Assembly (NCBI GenBank): GCA_963827955.1
Contig: CAWHDJ010000018.1
Location: 1,117,297 to 1,181,296 of the forward strand
DNA length: 64,000 nt
Direction of reading: 5' to 3'
Source of the DNA: an uncultured delta proteobacterium
Lineage (GTDB): Bacteria; Myxococcota_A; Polyangia; Polyangiales; Polyangiaceae
This document shows, one piece after another, positions 11,263 to 22,400 of the stretch. Below the pieces are notes generated by a model. The model made no database searches. It was not told the DNA's origin and was given only the letters and a program-made list of their open reading frames with translations. Every line of letters begins with the position of its first letter. Position 1 is the stretch's first letter. A program made the position numbers and the translations under genes.

Positions 11263-12373
11263 TCACTGGCGCACCAGCGACCAGGTGTCGTTGACCGTGC
11301 ACCCGACCTTGGTCCACGAGAGGGTGAGCTGGGCGTTGCCGTAGTTGAACAAGCCGATCGAGTACGTGAAGCCCGAAGGGCGCTCCGCGCAGTCACGGGG
11401 AGGCTCGTCGATGACGTCCGAGAGCTCATCGTTGCCCGGGGCCACGAGCTGGCAGGAGGGGAGGTCCACGAGCTGGACGTCGATCAGGTTGCCGGTGTCG
11501 GTCGACGAGACGACGAAGGCGCCGTGGGTCGTGAGCGGCTTCGGCGCTTCGCAAGAAGCTCCCTCGTCCGTGGAAACGGCCGTCGAACAGCTCGGCGTGC
11601 CCCGCGAGGCCCTCCGAGGAGCCCAGCCTACACCCCAACTCCCCTGGAGCAATCGTGCGACTACGCGATGGTGCGCCGAGCTGGCGCCCGCGCTGAGCCT
11701 CCGGCTCAGGACGCGCCGCGGGCCTCGTTCACGGACACATATCCATCGCGGCGCATCCCGTTCCGTTCGTGAACGGGCAGCAGATGGAGACGCACGCCGA
11801 GCTTCCGCTCACGGTCGTGGTGATCGTGGTCTGTGCGGTCGCGCCGCTGCCGGTCACGGTGCCGGCCTGGCCCGTCGTCGTGTTGCCGTCGATCCCGTAC
11901 CAGTCACCGAGGATGAAGCCCGCATTGGGCGTCGCAGTCAGCGTTACCGAACCGTCGGCCACGCACACCGTCTGCGAAGCGGCCGGCGAAGCGGTGCCGG
12001 TGCCGACCGCGACCGAGCACCAGGCGTCGAAGTTCAGCACCGTGAGGGTGACCGGCGTGGAGCCGCTGCACCCCGTGGAGCTGCCCCCGGCGCCGGTGGC
12101 GCTGCCGCCGGTGGCGCTCGTGGTGCTGCCGCCCGAGCCGCCCATGGCGCTCGTGGTGCTGCCGCCGGGACCTGTCGTGGTGCCTCCGCCCGAGCCGCCG
12201 GGGCCCGAGGTGGACTTGCCGCCCGTGGAGGAGCTGGACTTGCCGCCGGTGCTCGACGTGGAGCCCGCGCTGCCGCCCGAGCCCTTCGTGGTGCCGCCGC
12301 CGGTGCTGCTGCCGCACGCGGCGAGCGCGAGCGCCGAGAAGCCAAGGACGCTGAACCAAGTCATCCGATGCAT
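11263..12373 (-). CDS. hypothetical lipoprotein with a Gly/Ser/Thr-rich linker and a Cys-containing C-terminal domain; apparent frameshift near 11700
   Basis: Signal peptide plus lipobox (LALAAC). Long GS/T-rich low-complexity linker. The C-terminal domain continues in ORF 11263..11652 (...SIGLFNYGNAQLTLSWTKVGCTVNDTWSLVRQ). Confidence 0.5.
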
Positions 12374-12667
12374 GTGCTCTCCCTTTCTAGAAGAAGGTCA
12401 CGGAAAGACGCAAAGAGTCATCGTAGTCCCCCCGCCCGGCCAGGCCAAGCAAGGCGGGGTGCGGTTGGGGCGCGAACGATCGTGGCCGGTCACGCCGTTG
12501 TCCGCCGCGCGGCGGACCCCGCCAAGGATGACGACGCGGCCCGGCCCGCGAAAGGGGTACCGCGCCTATCGCGGGCATAGCTCGACGCTATGGTGGCACG
12601 CCCTCCGCGCCGACGGGAACCACGCGCGCGGTTCTACAGCGCGTACCGCACCATCCGTATTCGAGCT

Positions 12668-15296
12668 TCAGGCGCGCGGGTCCACGGCCTGTACGCGGCC
12701 GGCGAGGCTGGCGACGGCCGTGAGCAGCTCGTTCGCGTCGATCGGCTTGGCCAGGTGCATCTGGAAGCCGGCGTGGAGCGCGAGCCGGCGATCCTCGGGG
12801 CGCGCGAAGGCGGTGAGCGCGGCGGCGGGCGTCCTGCCCCCGCGCCCCTCGTCGAGCGCGCGGATCGCGCGCACGAGCTGGTAGCCGTCCTGCTGCGGCA
12901 TCCCGATGTCGCTCAGGAGCACGTCGGGCCGGAACCGCTGCACCTCGTCCAGCGCCTCGCGCGCCGACTCCACGGCGACGACCTCCGCGTGGCAGTCCGC
13001 GAGCAGGCGCCGCACCAGCTCGCGCGTGTCCGGCTCGTCGTCGACCACGAGCACCCGGACGCCCTCGATCGACGCGCAGGGGTCGAGGGCCACCGCGCAG
13101 CCGGCGCTCCGGCAGGCGGCGACGGGCAGGCTCACCGTGAACGTCGCGCCGCGGCCCTCGCCCTCGCTCTCCACGCGCACCGCGCCGCCGTGCAGCTCGA
13201 CGAGGTGCCGGACCAGCGCGAGCCCGAGCCCGAGGCCCCCGTGGCGCCGCGTCGTCGAGCTGTCGGCCTGCCGGAAGCGCTCGAACACGTAGGGGAGGAA
13301 CTCGCCGGCGATGCCCTGGCCGTCGTCGCTCACGGCGATCTCGACGTGCCCGTCCTCGCTGCGGAGGGCCACGCCCACGCGCCCGCCCTTCGGCGTGAAC
13401 TTGATCGCGTTGGTGAGCAGGTTCCAGACGACCTGCTGGAGCCGCCCCACGTCGGCCAGCACCGGCCCGGCCCCGCGCTCCGCGGCCACCGAGAGCGCGA
13501 TCCGCTTGCCGTCGGCCGCGGGGCGGACGGAGTCCACCGCGACCTCGACGATCTCCGCCGGATCGACCCGGCACGCGTCGAGCCGCACCTTGCCCGCGGC
13601 GATGCGGCTCACGTCGAGCAGATCCTCGACGAGCTGCGCCTCCGCGCGCGTGTTGCGCTCGATCACCTCCAGGGCCCGCGTCGTGGCGTCGGCGTCGAGC
13701 GTGCCCTTCCGGAGCAGGCTCGCCCAGCCCAGGATCGCGGAGAGGGGGGTGCGCAGCTCGTGCGAGAGGACGGCGAGGAACTCGTCCTTGACGCGCGCCG
13801 CGCGCTCGGCCGCGCTCCTCGCCGCCCGCTCGCTGTCGAGGAGCTGCTCGCGCTCGCGCTCGATGCGCTTCTGCTCGGTGACGTCGCGCACCTCGAGGAC
13901 CATGCACACGCCGCCGTCCGCGCGGGAGACGGTGCTCGCGGAGCAGAGCACCGGGAAGACGTCGCCGCTCTTGCGGACGTAGACGCTCTCGTAATTGGTG
14001 ATCCGGCTCCGCTTGCGCGCCGCTTCGAGGATGGGGCACTCCTCGCGCGGGAGGGGGCTCCCGTCGGGCCGGACGCCGTGGATCACGTCGTGCAGCGACC
14101 GGCGCCGGAGCTCGTCGAACGAGTAGCCCGTCATGGCCTCCGCGGCCTGGTTCATGAAGGTGCAGTGCCCCCGCTCGTCCTGCAGGAAGAGCGCACCGGC
14201 GGCGTTCTCCGCGATGGTCCGGACGATCTCGTGCTGCTCGGCGGCCTCCTGCTGGGCGCGCTTCTGCTCGGTCAGGTCGAGCGCGACGCAGATGTACTGG
14301 TCACAGGAGCCTTCGAGCAGCGTGTAGCCGAGGAGGATGGGCACGCGCCGGCCGTCCCTGGCGACGTAGGACTTCTCGTAGGGCGTGCAGGAGCCGCGCA
14401 CCCTCGACTCGGCGATGTGCTCGTCGTCGAGGTGGAGCTGCTCGGGCGGGGTCATCTCGGTCCAGCGGACGCGCCCGGCGTCGACGTCCTCGTGCGAGTA
14501 GCCAATCATCTGGAGCATGGCGTCGTTTGCGCCGGTGATCGTCCCGCCTGCGTTGGCGTACATCACGCCGATGATGTTCGAGTCCCACAGGCGGCGGAAG
14601 CGCGACTCCACGTCGGCGGCGCGGTGGTAGCTCGTGGAGAAGCTCGAGGATCCTGCGCCGCGCGCCGACGGCGATGGCTACCGCGGCGAGCCCGAGGACG
14701 GCGGCGCCGAGCCCGAAGGTCGCGCGGGCCTCCCTCCGGGCGGCGGCCTCGCGGTCTCGACGCAGGTGCTCCTCGCCCTGGAGGAAGACCTGGAGCCCTG
14801 CCCGGAGGCGGTCCATCTCTCCCTTCCGGGCGAACATCTCGGGCCCCAGCGGGGGCTCGCGCTTTCCCGTCGCGCGCGTCTGGATCGCGAGGTCGCCGTT
14901 CTCTTGCCACGCCGCGTGGTCCTCGCGGAGCCGCCGGACGACCTGCACCTGAAGCGGGTCGCCGGCCACGGACGCCGCGAGGGCCTCGAGGGCGCCGTTC
15001 ACGTCGTCGCGCGCGGAGCGGTACGGGTCCAGGAACTCGTCCCGTCCGGTCAGGAGGTAGCCGCGCAGCCCGGTCTCCTGGTCCACGACGAGACGGTAGA
15101 GCGAGTTGCCTCGGGCGAGCACGAGGTCGGCCTGATCGACCCGCGCCTCCTCGGAGACGAGGCGCTCGACCTGCCAGATCAGAAGGGCGCTCACGATGGA
15201 GAGCACTCCCAGAGGCAGGAGGAGGAGGTGCGAGAGTCGCGGAGCCAGCCGACCGCGCTCCGCGCTCGAGGGAGGAACTACGGGCACCGCGCGCAA
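12668..15296 (-). CDS. hybrid sensor histidine kinase (CHASE3, TM, PAS, PAS, HisKA, HATPase_c, REC); apparent frameshift near 14630
   Basis: The N-terminal ORF (14301..15296) has a TM segment and a CHASE3-like sensor ([21 protein letters not shown]). The C-terminal ORF (12668..14611) has PAS domains, the H-box [12 protein letters not shown], a G-box ([10 protein letters not shown]) and a C-terminal receiver with DD...K. Confidence 0.8.
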
Positions 15297-15359
15297 TCTA
15301 GTCCGGGGCGCGCGTACGTCGACCCGGCCCAGCGCTACACGCGAGCCCTCTATCGGGGC

Positions 15360-16002
15360 TCAACCGTTCTTGAGCTTGGCGAGGTAAGGCTCCGCCTCCG
15401 CGAGGACGCGGGCGAACGAGGGGCGCTCGCCGAGCCGGCTCATGTAGGCGGTGAGGTGCTTGTACTGCGGGTAGGGGTGGATCATGCGGAGGTAGGCGAA
15501 GCAGGGCGCGGCGGCGCAGTCGGCCAGCGTGAAGTCGTCGCCCATCATCCAGGTCCGCGTGGCCATGCGCTCGTCGTAGCGGGGATACAGGATGTCGAGG
15601 ATTCTGCTTCGCCGCCGCGACGGCCGAGGGGCTCCGCTCCGCCGCGGGCTTCCTCATGTCGAAGAAGATCGTCTGCATCGTCTCGTTGAAGTAGAGGTCG
15701 AACTGCCGGTCGTGGAAGCGCGTCTCGCGCGCCAGGTCCTTGTCCGCGGGGATGAGGCGCGTCCCGGTGGGGCAGTGGTCCTCGAGGTACTCGACGATGG
15801 TGGTCGACTCGGGGATGACGCCGCCGTCGTCGAGCACCAGCGTGGGCACCTTGCCGAGCGGGTTCACCTTCAGGTAGTCCGCGCGGGATGACGCATCCCA
15901 CGGGGGGACGAGCAGGGGCGTGAACGCGACGCCCTTCTCGTACAGCGCGGCGAGCACCTTCTGCGAGTACGAGGAGAACGGCATGTAGTAGAGCTTCATC
16001 GT
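15360..16002 (-). CDS. glutathione S-transferase; apparent frameshift near 15600
   Basis: N-terminal thioredoxin-like GST domain (MKLYYMPFSSYSQKVLAALYEKGVAF...PLGKVPTLVLDDGGVIPESTTIVEYLEDH). The C-terminal GST domain is in ORF 15360..15566. Confidence 0.7.
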
Positions 16003-16058
16003 CCCTCCGGTGGGCCTGCCTCTGCCATGAGGGGCCAGCACCCCCGTGCGCGTCAAGC

Positions 16059-16879
16059 GTTACCGGCCCCCGAGCTGCTCCAGCAGCGCCTCCTCCATGG
16101 CCGCGAGCGGCGCGGAGGCGCCCGTGTAGAGGCTCGAACTGCCCCGCCGCCTGGTGGAGGAGCATACGCCCGCCGTGCACAGCGACGGCGCCGCGCCGGC
16201 GCGCGGCCTGGACCAGCTCCGTCTCGAAGGGCTTGTAGACGATGTCCATCACCACCTGCCCGGCGCGGATGGTGGCCTCCGGCACCGGGCTCGCGGCGTC
16301 GACCTCGCGCATGCCCCGCGAGGTCGCGTTCACCACCACGTCGTAAGCGCCGGCGCGGCCCGCCTCGTCGGCCCCCGCCGCCTCCGCGCCCGCGCTCTCC
16401 GCGAGCGCCCGCGCCTTCGCCTCCGTGCGGTTCGCGACGGTCACGCGCGCGCCGCGATCGCGGGCGGCGAACGCGATGGCCCGCGCCGCGCCGCCCGCGC
16501 CGAGGAGCAGCAGGCGCGCGCCGCCGAGGGGGCGCACCTCCTCCAGGGCGCGGACGGCGCCGAGGGCGTCGGTGTTGTGGCCGGTGAGGCGGCCGCCTTC
16601 GTTGACCACGGTGTTCACTGCGCCGATGCGCTCGGCGAGCGGGTCGAGCGCGTCGAGCAGCGGGATGACCTCCTGCTTGAAGGGCATGGAGACCCCGAAT
16701 CCGCGGATGCCGAGGGCGCGCATTCCGGCGAGCGCGCCGGCGAGGTCGGTGACCTTGAACGGCACGTAGGTGAACGCCAGGCCCAGGGCGCGGTAGCCGG
16801 CGAGGTGCATGGCGGCGCCGGTGCCCACCGGGTGGAGGGAGAGGGAGCCGCAGAGGGTGACGACGGGGGCGGGGGCCAT
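16059..16879 (-). CDS. aroE: shikimate dehydrogenase; apparent frameshift near 16125
   Basis: AroE-like sequence (LCGSLSLHPVGTGAAMHLAGYRALGL...GFGVSMPFKQ...NTVVNEGGRLTGHNTDALG...LLLGAGGAARAI). After removing one extra C the C-terminus reads FELYTGASAPLAAMEEALLEQLGGR. Confidence 0.75.
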
Positions 16880-16912
16880 GGGGCGGTACGTTAGCTCCAA
16901 AAAAGAGAAGGA

Positions 16913-16995
16913 ACGCAGAGACGCAGAGACGCAGAGACGCAAAAAGACGAAGAGGGAGAAGAATGCCTCTTTATTCTCTCTCTCGCCTTTCTGCG
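16913..16995. repeat. low-GC intergenic element: an 8-mer tandem repeat (gcagagac x4) inside a long imperfect inverted repeat
   Basis: The left arm is cagagacgcagagacgcagagacgcaaaaagacgaagagggagaagaa. The right arm ttctctctctcgcctttctgcgtctctgcg is its near reverse complement. On the minus-strand transcript the hairpin is followed by a CUUCUCUUUUUUGG tract. It is a candidate intrinsic terminator for the upstream GMC gene and/or a regulatory site for aroE. Confidence 0.45.
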
Positions 16996-17068
16996 TCTCT
17001 GCGTTGAAAATCGGGGTGACGTCAGCGCCGAGGATCGAACACTCCGCGTCGCCTCCGGAACGCCGCTT

Positions 17069-18588
17069 TCAGATCGTCCCCTCGCGCAGCCACTCGCCGA
17101 AGCGCTCGCCGATCATCAGCGTGGGCACGTTGATGTTCGCGCAGGGCACGGTGGGCATGATGCTGGCGTCGGCCACGTAGAGCCCGCTCACCCCGCGCAC
17201 GCGCCCGTACTGATCGACCGCCGCCGCCGGGTCGCCCTCGGGCCCCATCGGCGCCGTCCCGCAGGGGTGGTAGCCCGAGCCGCAGCTCCGCCAGATCCAC
17301 GCGTCGAGCCGCGCCGGGTCGCGGAGCGTGCGCTCGCCGGGCCAGAAGTACCAGGAGAGCCCGCGCATCGCCCGCGTCCGCGTCAGCTCGTAGCGCGATG
17401 GACATGGCCTCGACCGCGCGCGCGCGGTCCGCCGCGTCGACGAGGTGGTGGCCCTCGAGCTCCGGGTGCGCACGCGGGTCGGCGCTCGTGAACGTGATGG
17501 TGCCGGAGCCGCGGGGCTTGCCGACGCTGCACATGAGCGAGACGCCGGGGAGCGCGGCGGTCGGGAAGTGGATGAACGCAGCCGGGCTGGAGCTGCATGT
17601 CGCCCGGGAAGGGGCTCCCCTTCGACGTGTAGCGGAGCATGGTCTGGAGGATGGGGACGCCCTCGCTGGGATGGTAATGGCGCGCGGCGAGGATGATGGC
17701 GGCGCCCGGGTGGTCGAGCAGGCGCGCGCCGACGGCGGGGACGTCGGCGACCAGGGTGACGCCCAGGCGCTCGACGTCGGCGCGCGGGCCGATGCCCGAG
17801 CGCAGGAGGATGCCGGGCGTCATGATCGCGCCGGCGGAGAGCACCACGCGCCCGGCGCGGAGCACCTCGACGCCGCCGCGCTCGTCCTCGACCTCGACGC
17901 CCGTGACCTTGCGATTCTCGGTGAGCACGCGGCGGACGAGGGTGCGCGGGCGGATGCGCAGGTTGTCGCGGCGGCGCACGTCGGGGCCGAGCCAGCAGCG
18001 CGCCGCGTTCATCCGCTCGCCGGTGACCTTGTTCATGGGGTGCGGGCCGAATCCGAGCGGGGCGGGCCCGTTGTGGTCGGGGCAGGGCGGGAAGCCGAGC
18101 TCCGCGCACGCGTCGTCGAAGGCCGCCTGCCAGCCCACGAGCTCGCTCCGCGGGTGGCGGCGGATGGGGAGCGGGCCGCCCTGGTGGTGGTGCTCGTCGC
18201 GGATGTCGCGATCGTCCTCCAGCCGGAGGAACGCGGGCAGGCACTTCTCCCAGCGCCACTCGGGCAGCCCGAGCGCCGCCCACTCGTCGTAGTCGTACGG
18301 CTGGCCGCGGAGCGCGATGCACGTGTTCACGGCCGAGGAGCCGCCCACGACCTTGCCACGCGGGAATTGCCAGATGTCCTGGCGCGGCGTGGGGCAGAAG
18401 CGGAAGCCCCAGTCGTGCGCCCTCATGGAGTTGCGCGTGCCGTCGCGGAGGTCCCGCGGGAGGTTGCCGTCGGGGTAGTCGGGGCCGGCCTCGATCAAGA
18501 GCACGCTGTTGTCGCCACGCTCCGTCACGCGCGAGGCGATGACGGCCCCGGCCGAGCCGGCGCCGACGACGATCATCTCCGCATCCAT
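17069..18588 (-). CDS. GMC family FAD-dependent oxidoreductase (choline dehydrogenase-like); two apparent frameshifts (~17550 and ~17400)
   Basis: N-terminal FAD-binding fingerprint IVVGAGSAGAVIASRVTE, and GGSSAVN. The middle segment is in ORF 17022..17534. The C-terminal HPCGTAPMG...GLYVADASIMPT motif is in ORF 17069..18322. Confidence 0.75.
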
Positions 18589-18613
18589 CGGGGCGGGACC
18601 CTGAGCACCCGGT

Positions 18614-19372
18614 CTAGAAGTTCGTGAGCCCCGACAGGCGGTCGGCCACGTCGAGCGGCAGGGGGCGGCGGCGCGCCTCGTAGAGGTCGTGCACGTAGTC
18701 GATCCAGCGCTTGTTGTGCGTGAGCTCCGCCAGCAGGACGGCCTGCTGGACCGCGACGTCGAAAATCTCTTCCTCGATCTCGCCGCGGGCGCGGATGGTC
18801 GCGATCACCTCGAGGAGCGGCGCTTCGAGGATCTTCTCGGCGCGCTCGGGTCGGCCCGTCTCGATGGCGCGGGCGGCCGCCTCGGCGATGAGGCGGAACG
18901 CGTCCATGGGCCGGGTGACCTCTCCGTTGTTCGGGAGCAGCGTGCCCATCGCGGCCGCGACGGCGGAGCCGTCCTCCGTCGAGATTGGGCGCTTGGTGAC
19001 GGCGATCCTCGCCAGCGCCTTCGGCGCGCGCTCCGGCTGGTATGGCGGCGGGTCGGGCTCGCCCTCGCGGCAGATGCGGCGCACGGTGAGCGCCTGCGCG
19101 CCGAACGTGATCAGGTCGCCCTCCACCAGCGTGCGCCGGTCGGCGATCTCCTCGCCGTTCACCAGCACGCCGTTGCGGCTGCCGAGATCGCGGACCGTGA
19201 CGTGATCGGCGGACACCGCGAGGGCGGCGTGGCGCCGCGACGCCAGGGGATCCTCGATGCAGACGGCGCAGTCCGAGCTGCGCCCGATGATGTGCTCCCC
19301 GAGCCCGAGGACCAGCTCCGCGCCGGAGATGATGAGGCGCAGCGAGCGGATGGGGGAGGAAGAGCCGGGCAT
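18614..19372 (-). CDS. FHA domain-containing protein
   Basis: Intact 252 aa ORF with an N-terminal FHA fold (GRSSDCAVCIED...SRRHAAL...RDLGSRNGVLVNGEEI). Confidence 0.65.
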   Translation of the reverse strand: MPGSSSPIRSLRLIISGAELVLGLGEHIIGRSSDCAVCIEDPLASRRHAALAVSADHVTVRDLGSRNGVLVNGEEIADRRTLVEGDLITFGAQALTVRRICREGEPDPPPYQPERAPKALARIAVTKRPISTEDGSAVAAAMGTLLPNNGEVTRPMDAFRLIAEAAARAIETGRPERAEKILEAPLLEVIATIRARGEIEEEIFDVAVQQAVLLAELTHNKRWIDYVHDLYEARRRPLPLDVADRLSGLTNF

Positions 19373-19419
19373 GGGGGCGTCGAGATGGTCTCAGAAAACC
19401 CGCGGCGGACCAAGTTGTA

Positions 19420-22400
19420 TCAGCCGGCGAGGGAGAGCCCAGCGAGCCGCAGCGAAGCGGAGGCGGTAAGCTCGGCTTCACGTTCGCCCTCGGCCACGGG
19501 AACGCCGTCGCGGTAGCGCACGGCCTGCCCGAGGTGCGCGGGCACGCGCGGCCCCGGCGTGACGACGCCCGCCAGGTTCAGCGGATCGCAGGCGGAGACC
19601 TGCACGATCGCGCCCGCCTTCGCCTCCCTGCGCACGGCCCGCAGCGCCTCGAGCGCCTCCGGCAGCGCGAACTGCTCGCCCACGAAGCTCGCCACCATCC
19701 GCCCTCCGCGGATTTCTCCGCGCATCTCCAGGCGCCGGTACACCCGGAGCAGCTCGCGCCAGGGCGGCGCGTGCGCCTCGCGCGACAAGATGTCGCGGAA
19801 GACGACGCCGTAGCGCCGGAGGTACTGCCTCGCCGCCGCCTCCAGCGTCTCGTCCTGGCCGACCTCCGCCGGCGCGCGGAGCAGCGCCCACCGCCCCATC
19901 GCCACCGGCGCCGCCGCGCCGCGCAGGCGCCCCACCCGCCATGCGCCCTCGCGCGCGGCCCTCCGGTCGATGAGCGCCCGCAGCCCCGCGAACCCGTCGC
20001 CCGTCACGCGCCCGGCCGCGCACAGCTCCCAGAGCGCGTCCTCCACCTCCCCGCGGCTCCGCCCCGAGGGCCCCGGCAGCTCGTCGAAGAACGAGGCCCC
20101 CATCTTCCGCAGCGCCGCGAGCACGTCGCGCGCGGGCTCGGAGAGGCCCTCCTCGCCCGTGTCCTCGCCGTGCCCTGCGAGCAGCCCTGAGCGGGGGTTT
20201 GGGGGCGGAGCCCCCATCGTGAGAAGCCAGGGCAGGTCCCGCCGGCGGGCGAGCGTGATGAGCGCCGTCCGCGTCGGCGTGACGCCGCTCTCCCTCGGCG
20301 CGAGCCGCCCCCACACCACCTCGCCGGCGAGGCAGAGCTCGTCCAGCCAGCCGGGCTCGTAGCCGGGCACGCGCGCGGGCAGGATCTCGCCCTCCCACGC
20401 GCCCGCCGCCGCTTCGAAGCCCTGGAGCTGCTCGATGGCGCGCAGCACGCCCGTGCGCCCGCGGTGCTGCGCGCGTGGGGCGCCGCTCGCCGGGGCGCCG
20501 CCGACGCCCTGCCAAGTGAAGAGGAAGCGCACCAGGTCGGAGGCGCTCACCGGCTCGATGGCGCGCCGCAGGCCGTCCACCGTCAGCCGGTGGATGCGCG
20601 CGAGGAGCCGGCGGTCGCACCACTCGACGTCGCCGGCGGCGGTACGGAAGTGCCCGCGCATCGCGCCGCCCTCCGACTCGAGCCGCACGAGGGCGGCGTC
20701 GACGTCGGCGGTGTCGAGCCCCAGCTCGGCTGCCAGCTCCGCCGCCGTCACGGGCCCACGGATGCCGAGCCGCCCGCGGATCACCTCCGCGAGCGCGATG
20801 TCGCGGTCCACCTCGCGGGGGCCCCCCGGCTCTGCCAGCTCCGGCTCGAAGCGCCGCGCCGGCCACACGGTAGCCGCGATGGAGCGGCGCTCGGCGGCGA
20901 CCAGCAGCGGGGGATCGCCGCCCACGAGGCGCGCGGCGCGGCCGGCTTCGACCAGCGCGGCGAAGAGATCCGTGCTCGCTTCGCCCTCCGGCAGCGCGCC
21001 CTGGTCGAGGAGCAGATCGTGCAGCTCGTCGGCGTCGCGGGGCGCGGGGCGCGCGTCTCGTGTCACCGAGGCGATCGCCTCCGGGTCGAGCCCGCCCACG
21101 CGCTCGGCGACGTCCGCCGGCAGGCCGCGGCGCACCGACACGGCGCGGGCGCGGCGCTCCTCGAGCGGCGCGTCGTCGAGGAACGCGTACGGGTTGGCGT
21201 TGAGGATCTCGTGCGAGAGCACGCTCGGCTCCGGCGTCTCGCAGGCCACGAACCGGATCTCTCCCGCCCTCAGGGCAGCCAGCACGCGCCCCAGACCCTC
21301 GACGTCCATCAGCTCCGTCAGGCAGTCGCGCATCGCCTCGTTCACCAGCGGGTGATCGGGCAGCTCGACGGGGCCGCCGCCGTGGTTGTCCTGGCATGCC
21401 GTCTGCCCGGGGAAGACGGCGGCGAGGAGGTCGTCGGACCGCATGCGCTGGAGCGGCGGCGGCACGCGGCGGCCGCCCGAGAAGCGCAGGAGCGCGAGCG
21501 AGCGGGAGGCGGCCCAGCGGAAGCGCGTTCCGAACATCGGCGCCTGGAGGGCCGCCTGCTCCAGCACCTCGCGCAGCCCCTCGGGGCGGAGCAGCTCGAG
21601 GATCGACTCGAGCGGGAAGGAGTGCTGCGGGCCGAGCGAGAGGAGCACGCCGTCGTCGGTCGCCGCCGCCTGGAGCTCGAAGTCGAAGCTCCGGCAGAAG
21701 CGCTTGCGCAGGGCCATGCCCCAGGCGCGGTTGATGCGCCCGCCGAAGGGCGCGTGCAGGATGAGCTGCTGGCCGCCGGCCTCGTCGAAGAACCGCTCGG
21801 CGATCACGGTGCTCATGGAGGGCACGGCCCCGAGCGCCGCGATGGCCGCGGCCACGTAGTCGTGGACGAGGCGCGCGCCGGCCGGGTCGAGCGCGCACGC
21901 GTCGCAGAGCCACGCGACGATCGCCTCCACGCCCTCCCCCGCCGCCATGCGCCGCGCGATCTCCTCGCGGAGCGCGCCCACCTCGACCGAGAGCTCGCGC
22001 GTCCGCGCCGGCGCCTCGCCCAGCCAGAACGGCACGGTGGGCGCCGCGCCCTTCGCGTCCTCGACCCAGACCTTGCCCGTCTCCACCCGGCGGATGCGCC
22101 ACGAGGTGTTACCGAGGAGGAAGACGTCGCCGGCCATCGACTCGATGGCAAAGTCCTCTTCGAGCGTCCCGACCTTGCCGCCCTCCGGCAGCTCCAGCAC
22201 GTCGTAGCTCGCGTTGTCGGGGATGGCGCCGCCCGAGGTGAGCGCGGCGAGGCGGGCGCCGCGGCGGCCTCGGACGCGGCGGTTCACGGCGTCGTGGTGG
22301 ACGAGGGCGCCGGCGCGGCCTCGACGGCTCGCGACGCCCTCGGAGAGCATGGCGAGGACGTCGTCGAAGTCCTTGCGCGAGAGCGACGCGTAGGGCGCGG

